Shown here piece by piece: positions 12,386-25,944 of a stretch of DNA of 64,000 nucleotides (position 1 is its first letter; every line of letters starts with the position of its first letter). The notes under the pieces were generated by a model that saw nothing but the letters and a program-made list of their open reading frames with translations, searched no databases and was not told the origin of the DNA. The position numbers were made by a program, and so were the translations under genes. The stretch covers positions 17,028,606-17,092,605 of the forward strand of contig CM119267.1 of assembly GCA_051294375.1 (NCBI GenBank), in the 5' to 3' direction. The stretch is from Paraspadella gotoi. Lineage: Eukaryota; Animalia; Chaetognatha.

Positions 12386-15300
12386 ATGCTTACAAAAAAA
12401 AGCTACGTCAATGTAGCCTTGGAGGAATCTCGGAGTAACTCCAAATCTGAACAAACAATCGTTGTGAAACCTACGAGGCCCACAGAATATTGGAGTGATC
12501 AGGTATTTCCTGAACGGTAGATTTGATTAGAATAATTTTTAAAAAAATTAAGGAAATTAGCTCATAATCATTATTGTAAAGTGAAAAAATGACGATTATT
12601 TTAAGGAACGGAAATCATGGATGTTCGGAGTAGCAACCGGATGCATGATGGCTTACTCAGCCAGAGTTGCACTTCCTATATGTGCCGTACAAATTTCCAA
12701 AGAAATGGAATTAACAAAAGAGGAACAAGGAGTTGCTCTAGGTTGCTTTTTTTGGGGATATACCCTGACACAGGTTTCTTTGAGTATGGCAGTGTTGATT
12801 GTTTTTAAGAAATTTTTATTATTGTTTACTCTTGTCTGCAGATCCTTGGTGGTGTTTTAGCTGACAAATACGGAGGCGACAGAGTAATGACATGCTCAGG
12901 TTTAGTCTGGTCTTTGACTACCATATTACATCCTGTCCTTCTTGGCCTTTGCAGCGATTACAGCCACAATTTAAGACTTAATCTTTTAATTTTTTTGAGA
13001 GCCGTAACTGGTCTGTTCCAAGGTAATACACATTTTTTGTAGCTTTAGTGTTGCGTGAACAATGTAGATTTTTATAAAAAATTTTCACCTCAATTTTACA
13101 GGGGTTCATTTTCCAAGTATATCCAGTCTTCTAACACAACGCATCGCGAAAGAAGACCGTTCATTTTTTTGGGGAATTATTTCTGCCTCAAGTGGCATTG
13201 GAACTTTGACAATGGGAAGTCTTGGATCTGCTCTTTTAGGTACCCACTACCCAGAATTTCATTATTATTATCTAGTAATTTAAAAATGTATGTATTTATA
13301 ATTAGTTTTTGCACTTTAAATTTGTTCTTATCTCAATCTTTGAAGATTCTAATTTTATAGTACAGTCAGTTATTAAATATATATTTTTATCTCGCCAGAC
13401 GGGCTTAAGAGGAAGGGTCATTCAGCTTCATTATACGTAAACTTCTATATATTATAGCTATCACGTTAAGAAATATATCTTAGTCATCAGTTATCACAAA
13501 AGAATTCCTTTTTCTTTATATGTAAACATTCCGTTTAAAATATTTTTTTTTAATCGGTAAATGAGAAGTGTAAAATTAAATCAATGAATCGCGTCAATGA
13601 ATGACTATTATCGCGTCAATGAATGACTATTATCCCGTCAATGAATGATTATCATCGCGTCAATGAATGATTATCATCGCGTCAATGAATGATTATCTTC
13701 GCGTCAATGAATGACTATCATTGCGTCAATGAATGACTATCATTGCGTCAATGAATGACTATCATTGCGTCAATGAATGACTATCATCGCGTCAAGGAAT
13801 GACTATCATCGCGTCAAGGAATGATTATCATCGCGTCAAGGAATGACTATCATCGCGTCAAGGAATGACTATCATCGCGTCAAGGAATGACTATCATCGC
13901 GTCAATGAATTACTATTATCGCATCAATCTTTTGGTTATTATCGCATCAATCTTTTGGTTATCATAGCATCAATTTTTTGGTTATCATGGCATAAATTTT
14001 CTGGTTATCATCGCATCAATCTTTTGGTTATCATCGCATCAATCTTTTGGTTATCATCGCATTAATCTTTTGGTTATCATCGCATCAATCTTTTGGTTAT
14101 TATCGCATCAATATTTTGGTTATCATCGCATCAATAATTAATTATTATTATATCAATAAATTATTAATATATCAATAATTTGTTATCGTTGTTTTTTTCT
14201 TCATAGTATATTAATTCTCTCTTTTTGTTGTGTAGGGTGATTAGTAAAAACGGATTTGAAAATTATTTTTTCATTAATTTTCTTTAATAGTAACGTCTGG
14301 CGAGATCACTATACTTTTAAGTATTTTTATTGTATTTTGACTTTCTTTTTGCTATTTAAAATAGTTTAGAGATGAAACGAAAAATTCGTTGGAATAGCAA
14401 TTTTATTAAAAAAAATAAAAATAAAAAAATAAAATTGCTATTCCAACGAATTTTTCGTTTCATCTCTAAAGTATTTTTATTTTACTTTTTTAACTAACCG
14501 AGTGGTGGTAACAGTTTTTTTGTTTTTTTTTAGATAATTTTGGATGGCAGGCTGTGTTTTTCTTTTGTGGAATATTTTCACTGTTTTGGGTATTATTTGT
14601 ATGGTTCTATTTACTTAAACTCCAAAATTCTTTCAACCTATCCAAGTTACTTCCTCTTGTGTCCTCCGAGAGAAGTAACTATGCACTTTTGCCCCAGCAT
14701 TCCAGTAACAAAAAAACATTGCTCCATAGGTTAGTGCCAAAAAACTTACCTACTTTTAATGTTTGTTTACTTCAGTTATATTGTACAAAAAGAATTTTAG
14801 GGTTATATTAGGCATTCTAAGCCTACTTTTTTGTATTTAATTTTTTTATTTCACAGCCCTGGCCGCAAACTGGAATTCCTAAATGCTAAGCCTCCGGACT
14901 TGACTGTTCCCTGGTCGCTCATTTTGACTCACCATGCCGTTTGGGCTTTAATTATATGTCACGTCGTTTCCACTAATTGTTTTTATATTTTGTTGTCATG
15001 GTTGCCTACTTTCTTTCACGAATCATTCCCCGAGGCGAAAGGTATCGTAAAATCATAAAAATGTACATCAAAAAGTAATTCCGATTTAAGTTTAAATTTT
15101 ATAATTTAGTTTAAAACTTAACAGTATTTAATAATATTTCTCCGATTATATTTAATGAAAATTTTAGGGGTCAATTTCTGTGTCAGTACTAAATGGTTTA
15201 AATTATATTTGCGTAGTCATTTGAAACTGTGTTACTTGAAAATCCCTTTCTGCTTTTCAGGTCACGTTTTCAACGTTGTGCCATGGCTCGCCTACATTCC

Positions 15301-15804
15301 CCTGTGCATCGCTTCAGGATGGGCGTCCGACATTTTGATCCGTCGCGGAGTCAGCACGTCAAAAGTCCGTAAAGGGTCGGAGCTAGTGGCGCTCGGCGGC
15401 ACTGCCTGCATCCTCTGTCTCATTCCAATGGTTGACAACTTCTACTTGGCGCTCTTTCTAGTCTCCTTGGCGCTAGCGTGTTTCTCGTGCCATGCGGGAG
15501 GACACAACGCCAATTCACAGGTGGCGTATTAAAGATTTTCCCATATCACTCTTACGGCAATTTAAGATTTGTGAAAACTTTTTTTCTTACTGTCTAGGAT
15601 CTCCTTCCCGAACATGCTGGATCCATGTTTGGCTTGATGAATACCGCGGGTGCCATTCCCGGCTTCGTGGGCGTTTATCTTACAGGATTTATTCTTCACC
15701 TTACAAACGAAAACTGGGGTGCTGTCTTTGGAACCACCGCCTTTATCTGCATCTCGGGTTGGGTCTTCTACGCCGTTTTTGGGAGAGGTTCTCGGATAAC
15801 TTGA
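12386..15804 (+). CDS. SLC17A9: SLC17A9 / vesicular nucleotide transporter (MFS)
   Basis: YSARVALPIC..CFFWGYTLTQILGGVLADKYGG..QGVHFP..VPW..ILLSWLPTFFHESFPEAKGHVFNVVPW..DLLPEHAGSMFGLMNTAGAIPGFVGV. Confidence 0.9.
13389..14315. mobile_element. Non-autonomous element with short subterminal inverted repeats and an internal 22-bp minisatellite (HINE/DINE-like)
   Basis: atctcgccagacg at 13389 and cgtctggcgagat-cactatac at 14294; same ends at 43681 and ~44235; tandem array 13578-14140. Confidence 0.7.
14365..14470. repeat. Perfect ~43-bp-arm inverted repeat (collapsed MITE)
   Basis: tttagagatgaaacgaaaaattcgttggaatagcaattttatt, A-rich loop, then its exact reverse complement. Confidence 0.9.
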
Positions 15805-16166
15805 ACGCGATCAAATGACTGCCAAACTGTTGCCCTTCGTGGCTCGCTCACTGAAACTACTATGTAGTTTTTATTCATTAGTGTGAAATCCGGGCTTAGA
15901 TGCAACTAGATAATTAAATCCTCTTTGTAGAGGAAATTAGTAAAAAAATTTGTTTTATGTAAAATTATCCAAATATTAGATTAGCAGTATTCTTGTCTCA
16001 AAACGTGTATATTTTTATACCTCCACGCAGTTTTATTTTTATTTTGCATTCTCCACAAATGATAGGCAATCGTTTATTCCACCAATGAGGAATTATGTTT
16101 TCCAGTTTTAAAATCGTCTATCTATATTTTTTCGTCGGTAGATAACTACGCAGTTTAACTTTGAAA

Positions 16167-16951
16167 ATGTCCTCGGGATCGGAATCCGATGAGATTGTCG
16201 AGCTGGCCTCGAAGACTCGTCCAAAGCCCCAGGTATGTTTCTTACTAGTTTTGAATTAGTGAAACACTTGCTTTCAAATATTTGGTTTTAATTTTTCAGA
16301 GAAAGCGAAAAACGAGAACTAAAAAAGATCCTACAAAGCCCAAAAGAGGTGACGTCATCCTGTAAAAAAATGTTTACTCATCTTATAAATTAAATTTTGA
16401 TTTAATTTATTATAGGTCTTTCACCATACTTCTGCTTCATGAAAGAAGAGAGGCCTAAGCTCATGGCAGCTCGGCCTGGATTAAAAGTCGGAGAAGTTAC
16501 CAAGGTTCTTGCCGCCCAATGGAACAAATTAGGTGAAACAAAGTGATCATTTTTAGGGTTAAAAAAAGTCATTTTAAAGTTAAAACTGGTTATGAATATA
16601 AAACTGGTTATGAATCAGATTATATAATTATAGTATCAATATTGATTTTCCTCCCGAATTTTTTTTTTCACCAAGACTCAAAAGCCAAAGAGAAATTCGT
16701 CAAACTCGCTGACGAAGACAAGGACCGCTACTTGGAAGAGATGAAAGAGTGGGAGGCAAAACAGAATGCAATGTCTAAAAAAGTGAGATTTTAATACAAG
16801 CAGACGTGCTATGTGCCTTGCTCTTATTCTTTGTAATATCAACATTAATTCCCTTCAGGCCTCTGTTCCTCCGAAAAAAGTAAAAAAGCAAGAGGAAGTG
16901 GAAGAAGAGGACGAGGACGAAGAAGATGAAGAGGAAGCAGATTCTGAATAG
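16167..16951 (+). CDS. Single HMG-box protein with acidic tail (HMGB/NHP6/HMG-D-like), 5 exons
   Basis: KKDPTKPKRGLSPYFCFMKEERPKL..PGLKVGEVTKVLAAQWNKL..KEKF..DKDRYLEEM; tail EEVEEEDEDEEDEEEADSE*. Confidence 0.9.
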
Positions 16952-17935
16952 CATTGAATCAATTAATTACTTTGTCTGCTCAATTGTCAGATAAGTAGTA
17001 GGTACGATTATCTCTGTTTCGGTCAAAGAGTGAACCCTTTCTATTACATGGAGATTCCGATTTTGCCTTGTGGCGATACGGCGATACCTTACTCATACTT
17101 TGTCGAGTGACATGGCATACCACATGAAATTTCTTTTTTCGTTTTTATTGTGCGGTCATGGCGTTTAATTTTTGTTGTTTTTTTCTCGTGCTTTTCGCAA
17201 GAATTAAGAAGGGTTATTCTCTCAAATCTCATTCACCCTCACAATGACTCGCTAAATACTCTGGAGTAGAGCTTGATGGTAGAACAGATTTGTTTCAGTT
17301 ACAGTATTTTGTTAATTTTTGTTTGCTGCGGCGCCAAGAGCAAGGGAAAAATAAACTATTTGTCTTTTAATAATGATGAAAAATTAAACTCAGGATTTAC
17401 TATATTTATTTCAGCTTTTCGATTATTCCCTTATTCATCGCCGTAATTTTTTGTGAAAATTTTAGTTTTTTTAGTTGAATTTAAATATTTGGTTCAAAAT
17501 GGTGTTCAAACTGATAAATTCTCTGTTTCTGTAAAGGCATATTTTTAGTTTTTCTGGAACAAGATTGTAAAAATTTTTATTTAATTTTATTAGAATTTCT
17601 GCTAAGGAAAATAAATTAGAAAGTCGTTAGGTTTTGTTATTGTTCTTTTTTTCATATACATAGGTATAACCTAATTTATGAAATATTAAATTTACTTGCC
17701 TGATATTAAATAAGAATTACCATTGCTTGATGGTTTTAATAAGATTTGGTTTCATACTTTCGATCTCAAGTATTTTGTAATACAAAATCGGCGCTTACGA
17801 GATGTACGTGGTTGTTTTTTTTAGTTGCTCAAAATAATCTTAAGATAAGCTGAATGTTGTTGTTTATCCCTAATTGCTGTTGTACTTTAATTAAATATGT
17901 TCAATGTTTTGAATTATTGTATTTTCAGTTAAATT

Positions 17936-19429
17936 ATGGGAAATTTAGGAAAAATCGGTAAACCTCAAAAAAGTAAAAAGCACAAAAAACTTAAACCTTG
18001 CGACCCATTTAATAAAAACCCGAAAGGAAATCAAAGTCAAAAAAACGCGAACAAGGAAAAGAATCTGAAAAACAATGAAATCGAAAATCAAGAGATGAGT
18101 AGATCACTGAAAGAATTTATAAGAAACAAAAAAAAGGTAGGTCAAAGTTACCTTGTTTATAAAAGGCTAGTGTAACGTATATTATTTAAATTTTATATCT
18201 TATAATTTCGAATAGCTGCAGGGACAGCTAGATAATCCTAGCTCGCGGAAGAAATCGATTATACAAAAAAAATCAAAGGATAACGAGTTTCAAACAAATG
18301 AAGATTTTAAAGGAATGACAAGACGTTTAAGAGACGTTCCCAAGTTTAACCAAAAGAAAGGTACCGTTAAAAACTTTTGTCTGTCTTCATGAACTTGGTA
18401 CAACCAATATAATAATTGTCCATTCATTTAATAAATCTTGCCCCTGACTTTGGACAGGCTTGGGTGGTTTAAGGCATCCATCACTCTTACAAGATAATGA
18501 CATAGCCGGTCCCTGTAAGACTCTCTCAGTCTCGTTTATTCACTCCCAGAGTACCTGTCTTCCGTATCAATGAAGTGGAAAAATGTTTTAAAGAATGTTT
18601 CAATTGTATGAAAAGACCACTTCCTTAAGTATTAGTTGTTACATGTATACATGTTTTAGTCATGTTTATCTATTGTTAATTTTAAAACTATTCATAATCG
18701 TTAACAATTACAGGCGAACGCGATTTTCAATTTATTAAACGAGTCGAGGCCATCTCGCAAGAGGTCTTGGGAGCATCAAGGTTCGAAGACAAGTACAAAC
18801 TGAACGTCAATCCCACTGAGGAGGAACTAGAGAACAAGAAAAGAAAAAAAGAAGAGTGGAAGGCCAAAAAGCGTGAGAAGAGAGAGAAAAAGAAAAAGAG
18901 GCGCGGTGAGTGACAAATTAATCTTATGGACAAATTTCGAGTGGAGCTTTTAGAGAAATGTATTAAAAAACTTCTTAGAAACTTTATTTTTTCCCCATTT
19001 AACATAGGTAACGACGTGACTAATGCAGTCACGCAGTTGGCGGAGAAAAATCGGGCTCAGATTCGGCATAAAAAGTCTCTGGATTTTAACGATCTTCGGG
19101 ACGACGTTCCTTTCGGCGAAGTGGTCCTCGCTCCACCGACGCTCACTGCGATTCCTCGGAAAGCGGAAGTCTCCAACTCCCGACCAAAGAACTTACTTCT
19201 GGCGTCGATGGTGGGATCAAAGGGGATCAACAGCGACAACTCATCACGCGAGAAACACGAGCAAAATAAGAACAAAAACAATGGAGTGAAAACGAAAAAA
19301 GTCATGAAATTTAAAGACATGTCTGTCGCGCAAAAGGCCACCTTGATCAGGGAGAAACACCGGGTTATTGAACGATACAGAAAAATGCGCGATGGAACTC
19401 TGTTCGGGCGAAACACTGTGGCTGTCTAA
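17936..19429 (+). CDS. CCDC137: Coiled-coil domain-containing protein 137 (nucleolar)
   Basis: KKHKKLKPCDPF, QEMSRSL, VPKFNQKKGE, DDVPFGEVVLAPPTLTAIPRK, REKHRVIERYRKMR. Confidence 0.8.
18388..18497. repeat. ~110-bp dispersed repeat; copies at 41423-41531, inverted at 31692-31800 and 8126-8462 (split), fragments near 48770 and 54440
   Basis: Shared tggtacaaccaatata..tccattcatttaataa..atcttgcccctgactttggacaggct..ggtggtttaagg..ccatcactcttaca. Confidence 0.8.
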
Positions 19430-19525
19430 GCGTATTTAAGCGGAAACCCTTAGTTATTTCTTTGGAAGGTTTTGATTGTTCGTTTTGTTATTTTTAGATT
19501 TTTAGATTTAGCTCTATTTACGAAA

Positions 19526-22055
19526 ATGTCTGTACTTCAAAAAATCGCCGATATCGAGGCTGAAATGGCCCGAACTCAGGTATTTTGGGAGGGGAAAGGA
19601 GCCTAAATAGTAGCCTCCGTTTAAAGAAATCAATTGCAGCACCAATAAACATACTATTTTTTTTTTTAGGTGAACAAAGCAACGATGGGTCACTTAGGAA
19701 TGTTAAAGGCGAAGTTGGCTAAACTGAAAAGAGAGTTGATTGCGCCATCTTCCGGTGGTGGTGGAAAGGGCGAGGGGTTCGACGTCGCTAAGACGGGAGA
19801 CGCCAGAATAGGGTAACTGTTGCCTAATGCAATGAAATTTAGAAAATTAACCATTTCGATCTTTTAAATCTTTGTATTCTCGACGTAAATTTAGTTTCGT
19901 CGGGTTTCCGTCTGTCGGCAAGTCCACTCTTCTCACCAACTTGGCCGGCGTTTATTCTGAAGTAGCAGCTTACGAGTTTACCACGCTTACCACTGTTCCT
20001 GGAGTAATTCGGTATAAAGGTAATTTCAATGAAGTCTTGGATGATAATTATTTTTTTTTAAATCCTCGTTTCACTGAATTAGGCGCGAAAATTCAATTGC
20101 TTGATTTGCCCGGCATCATCGAAGGCGCTAAGGACGGAAAAGGTCGAGGGCGACAAGTAATCGCTGTCGCTAGAACCTGCTCCCTCATTCTCATTTGCCT
20201 AGACATTCTCAAACCGTTGGGTCACAAGAAAGTAAGTTCATTTGTATGTTGTGTCTGAATAGAAAAGGATGAGGCTCTGATAAGGACGACGAAGTGTTTC
20301 GCCCCCTTCGCGTCCGTTTTGCCTTGCTAGTGCCAGATTAATTTTTGAAGTGGACGCATTTCACGATGATCACTTTACTACATAAACATTACACAAGTAT
20401 GAAACGGTTACAACAAGTATCGATTTGTCACTTTTCATGAAATGTATGTACTTTAATAACCAAGTGTTACAACAAATAAAAGGCAACCGACTCTCTGATC
20501 ACTTGGTCAGTTGACCCATTCTAGTGAGAAACATTGACACAATAATTTAATGATACCTGACTTCTCTGCTAAATACATTATTAACTAATTATTAATTGAT
20601 TATTAATTAAAATTGCTAGAGTGTTATATGAATTGGTTCGTATATTTAGGTGATCACGTGACAACAAAATTTTAAAACACGTATGTAGGTTAAGCATGGT
20701 ACACCAAATATTAACTAAATCGATGCAGTATTACGGTATGTCACAATAAATTTGTATATATATATCATACTTCCGAAGGAATCGACCGAATCAAAGAGAG
20801 GAAGCCTCTTACTTTTGCTCTTTTTTTATAATTTTCGTGAGTTTGCGAGTAAAAGCTAGGAAAACGCCACCTGCTCCCTCCAAACATTTTGGAACAATAG
20901 AAACGACAATGAGCGTTGTTTTTCCCCGATGAAAGGAGGCTTGATATTTCGTCTTTGTATTTGTATGTTTGTATTTGTATGTTTGTCTACTACTCGCTCT
21001 GACTTACCTAGTCTCGTTTATTGAATAGTCGGTAAATCTTTCTTAAATATTTTTTCGGAATGCGCGGGTGAGAAAAAATTCAAATTAATGAGACTAGAAA
21101 TTTCAAAATATCTTTGCAGTTAATTGAACACGAATTGGAGGGATTCGGTATCCGGTTGAACAAAGAACCTCCTAACATCACTTACCGGAAGAAAGACAAA
21201 GGTGGGATTAACCTGACTTGCGCCGTTCCGCAGTCCGAGTTGGACCTGGATCTAGTGAAGGCGATTCTGGCCGAAAGCAGGGTTCATAACGCCGATGTCG
21301 TTTTGAGGTGAAGACGGACGCTTTTGCTCATATTATGATAAAAAAAATTTTAATGGTGCCATCTACATTTTATCAAACTTTGCTTTTCAGAATCGATGCC
21401 AAAGCGGAAGATCTTATTGATGTCGTTGAAGGCGATCGCGTCTATATCCCGGCGATTTACGTTCTCAACAAAATCGACCAAATTTCCATCCAGGTATTTT
21501 GGCCATTCGTACCGATAAGCATAGTAGTACGGTATTTACTAAATTCAGCATTTAATTGTCACTTTTAGGAGCTGGATATCGTATACAAAGTGCCGCACGC
21601 CGTTCCAATCTCCGCTCACCACAAGTGGAACTTCGACGATCTTCTAGAAACAATATGGGAATATTTAAAACTAGTCCGAATTTACACCAAACCCAAAGGT
21701 GTCATACAAATCGATCCGCATTTCGTTTCCCGTTCATTTTTAAATATATATATATTTTTTTGCGATTAAGGCCAACTCCCCGATTACAATGCCCCGGTTG
21801 TTTTGCAACGTGGAAAGACGACCGTTGAAGATTTTTGCATGAAAATTCACAAAAGCCTCGCCAAGGAATTCAAGGTTATAGCAAGACTGGTTATAATATA
21901 CTATGTAAGTAACCTCTATATAAATATAAGCGTCCGTATGTCGTCAACAGCACGCGATCGTTTGGGGTACTTCCGTGAGACACTCGCCACAAACCGTCGG
22001 AATCACTCACGTTCTCAACGATGAAGATGTGGTGCAAATCGTGAAGAAAGTCTAA
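19526..22055 (+). CDS. DRG1: Developmentally regulated GTP-binding protein 1
   Basis: [117 protein letters not shown]. Confidence 0.97.
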
Positions 22056-22268
22056 GGCCGAAAGCCGAAATGAAAAACAATTTTCGCTTCATTATTTGCA
22101 AAATGAAAAACTAATTTTTTAATTCGAAAATTTTGAGAAGGGTGGATCTTTCCCTTCCGAGTTTCAACGCATGGAATATACGGCTTACGTTTGTTGTTAT
22201 TGCTAAACTTCCTTTTCAGTTATTTTCATTTCATAATTTGCACTTGACTTTTTGTTAAAAATATCGCA

Positions 22269-23182
22269 ATGGAAGGAAGGGTAAACGGTTGGAGCAACGG
22301 ACGAAACGATATAAACTGCGAGGAAGACGACGACCTCAGAAATAACATAAATGTCAGTTCGGTTGTGGAGGACGCAGACAGCGATTCTGACTCGGCGCCG
22401 GAATCGGTATCATTTCAAAAAGGACACGAATTCTTTGAAAACTCTGATAAACTCCGCCTGAAACAGATCGAAAAGGTTGAAAATTTTAAAAAAGGTACGC
22501 AAATTTCCAAGATAATGATATATTTATTTTAAGACTGCCTTTTTGTAATCGATGGGTACCATTTTCTCTCACCAGAAAATCGAAAGAAAAGAGACGAGGT
22601 CTTGAAAGAGCAAAAAGCCGCTAAATTGAAGCGACTGCAAGAGAGTAAACTTTCGACAGACTTCCTTGAGAAATTAACGTCTTTAGCACATTCGGAGGTA
22701 CGTGGAATCACCCGTAATAATTATTTCTGTTTCTAATATTAATAAAATTTTCTGTGATTTATCAGGTCCCTACGGGCTCGCAATCAGAGGAACCCCTTTC
22801 CATTAGTGCCCCAGATGAATCTTTACTCGCTAAGAAAAGAGAGAAGCGAAAATTAATTCCGCTTCCGGACGTGGATGGCGTCGAGTTCGAAGTCGTCGTC
22901 GGGAGATCGAGGGCAGACGAAGAAGTCATGCGAAAGAGTAAGGGCGAGACGGAATTGTCCAACGATTTAAATTTCATATAAATTTTTTTTGTGGTGGATT
23001 TAGAGTAATCAACAAGCGGGCGTAATTCGAAAAATAAAATAATTATCCCATTATTTTATTTTTTACTTACAGCGGAAAATTTCATCAAAGGCAAGATCAA
23101 GCATCCGTCTAAACCACGACTCTGTCAAACTAGGAAGCAGTCATTAAAAATGAAAAGAAGATTTGTTGCCAAAACTCGTTAA
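22269..23182 (+). CDS. NOL7: Nucleolar protein 7-like
   Basis: SDSAPESVSF..KKENRKKRDEVLKEQKAAK..LSTDFLEKL resembles NOL7 APEELTF..KRKRREELFIEQKKRK..LPDTILEKL. Confidence 0.6.
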
Positions 23183-23251
23183 AACTGCTTATTGTTACTT
23201 GCTGTTCTGTTTTAGTCATCCTTCATTAAATTGACGTTTTCTTGAAAGAAA

Positions 23252-25786
23252 ATGGCTGATATAAGTGTACTTCCAAACGAAATTTTAGAGCACTTATTCA
23301 GATTTTTAGGTAAGACAGTAGGATAAGATTTTAAAAGAATGGAAGTTAGTTATCAAGGAGTGACATATTTCTTCATCTGAATGCAGATGGCGTTTCATTG
23401 GCCAAAGCGGCCAAAGTCAATCGGCGTTGGCGTCAGGTTGGCCTGCATCTAATGGATGATCCAGTAAGGCAATCATACTTAAAATATGCCCGTTTTACAT
23501 TCCTAACCTCTTCGCAAGCTTCTTTCCTCTTTCACGCAATTGTAGTTATGTTGGCCGCAACGTTGCATCGAAGAAATTCCTCAAACTATAAAAGAAGAAA
23601 TGATGATCGAAATCATGAATAAAAAAATTGTCTCGGACGTAAAGTGGAAGCAAATTTACTCTTCTTGGTGAATATTTTGAAATGGTGATAAGGTTACTTT
23701 GATCATTTCGTTGATGATCGTGAAACTTAGGTATCGAAGTCGATATATCGGTCGATGGGAGAGATTGAGGCAGTCGTTTCGGATCCAGGATGTCGTCGGC
23801 TCCCTTTCTCAAATAGCTTTTCACGACGACTTCGTATTCACATCTCACAATAACGCCAATTGTTCGTCGGTGAAACAGTGGGACGCTGTCTCTGGAGAGA
23901 TGCAAGTGCGAAATATTTAATTAAGCTTTTATTATAATATTTATGAGAATGACGATTATCCGTATCAGGCCACAATAGCTCGTCACCCTCCATGTCGACG
24001 TTATTTGCACCTCAACCTCCTCATTCCTGTGAGATGTCGATATCGCGAAAGAGTCAGGCTCGTTGACGCTGCGATTATCGTCGTCAGCACTTCCGATGCC
24101 GTTCGTGTCCATTCCGTAAACCCCAAAACGACGGTTAGTCCAAATAAATCGAAATACGAAAATAAAATGTTTCGACATCACTTTTCTAACTTCAAGAAGC
24201 TAGAAATAGCGACGAGTCGTTGTAAATCGTAGTTAGTATAAACAAAGTTTTTTGAAAATTGTCGGTGGATTGGAAAATACTTAAAAATAGTTGTAAAAAA
24301 AGGTGAAGTTGAAATGCGCTTTTATGGGTTCGTTGGTAGGACGTGTCCGAAGTGTGGCGTCACACGTTTTCTGCCGCTCCCACCACCGCTACCTCAACCC
24401 ATGGCGCAAATTCTTTTGCAGCTGTTGCTGAAGACGGAAGCGGCGCCGTTTACAGGTAAAGTCGCGGATTTGCAGTAGATACAAAAAGATGACCATTCTT
24501 AAATTTCATGATTTTCAACAGATTCGATTTCGAACAATCAAATGGGTTACGGGCCTCAGTGATATCGACGTTTCATTGTCCATACAAAGTAAGTAAGAAA
24601 TACGAGAATATGAATAAATTGTGATAGCGGATACTTGAAATTGGTTAAGTTTATCGGAAGCACCAAACTGTTGTTGAACATAAACATCACTGTTTAGAAG
24701 TGTCTATATTTGTTTGTAAAAGTCCTATGTTAGGTAAATGACTTGAGTATAAATTCAGTTGCACCATAATGAGATTGTCATAAAATTCAAAAAATGAAAT
24801 CATACTGAGATAAAACCTATTTGAAAAACTGATTTACAGACATATCCATTATGTATGGTAACGACTAAAGAAAACAAAAATTAATACGTCGTGATTTTTT
24901 TTTTGTTATTCTCTTAGCAATCCTCTTATCATTGGTATTTGCTCTCGTTCACCGCAGTTCGTCGAGTCGGTTTCCCTGTGGCGTGATTTTCTCGTCACAG
25001 GAAGCGGTGACGGTCATGTGGCCGTCTGGCGTCTCGTCCATCAAGAAGACCCCGACGTCAAACCAGCACAGCAGGCACCGCAACAGAACGGATTGAGGCT
25101 TTATCAGAGATTAGGTCTCGATGCCGATGGAGACGAAATGGAACTTGATCTTGTCCAGACCTACGGCACTCGGACGTTGATTACCGACGTGAGTTTTAAT
25201 ACTGCGATCGATGATGTTGGTTACTAATGTTAGTGTATTCTTTTTAGAATCCGAATTAGTAAACGAGTTAATAATGGTGCAAGCAAATATAGTGATAAAT
25301 TGTCGGTTTTAGGTTTTCATTCGGGGCGCTTCGTTAATATTCGTTAACGAAGCTGGTATTTTAACCCACCTCCGTGACGTCCATCAGTCCTCTCCGATTA
25401 AGGTAATTTTAATTTTTATAAACACCTCCATTTGCTAAAAGTTTTTTTCGTCTTTAGTTATAAAAAAATTAATTATGTATTTTCGTCTCTAATTCTCCAA
25501 GAAAAATCTCTTCGGCATCATCCAAGCACGGCCATCCGCTTTGACCGTCTACGGGTCTCTGCTCGCTCTCGGAGACGAGACGGGTAAAGTGACGGTGTTT
25601 CGCTTCGAGGGCGACCTAGATTTAGATTCTGTCCGATGGGAGGTGCCGGATGCGGTCTTCACCGTCGAGTCTGGTCGTCGAATAGATCAAATCGTCGTGT
25701 GCGACGACGGCGAGGGACCCACGTTGCTAGTCTCCTCTGGAAGAGGCGCGCTTGAAATCGTCAGATACTTTCATCCGAGCATTTAA
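23252..25786 (+). CDS. F-box / WD40-repeat protein
   Basis: F-box ISVLPNEILEHLFRFLDGVSLAKAAKVNRRWRQV; WD-like SSVKQWD, LVTGSGDGHVAVW, LALGDETGKVTVF. Confidence 0.8.
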
Positions 25787-25944
25787 TAGTTTAATTCAAG
25801 ATTTAGTTTTGTAAATTTGGATCGAAGATTCTATCGTTTTGTCATTGATTTTTCTACCCAAACCGTATATTGTTCGTGTTATTTTCATATTTCACTGTTG
25901 CATTTTTACTTCCTACGTTTTTTAGTCATAGCCCAATAATAAGA

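Noticed and set aside
20277-20320. Hammerhead ribozyme (ctgataa plus stem); also ctgatga at ~3428
   Set aside because: The required GAAA after stem II is missing in both
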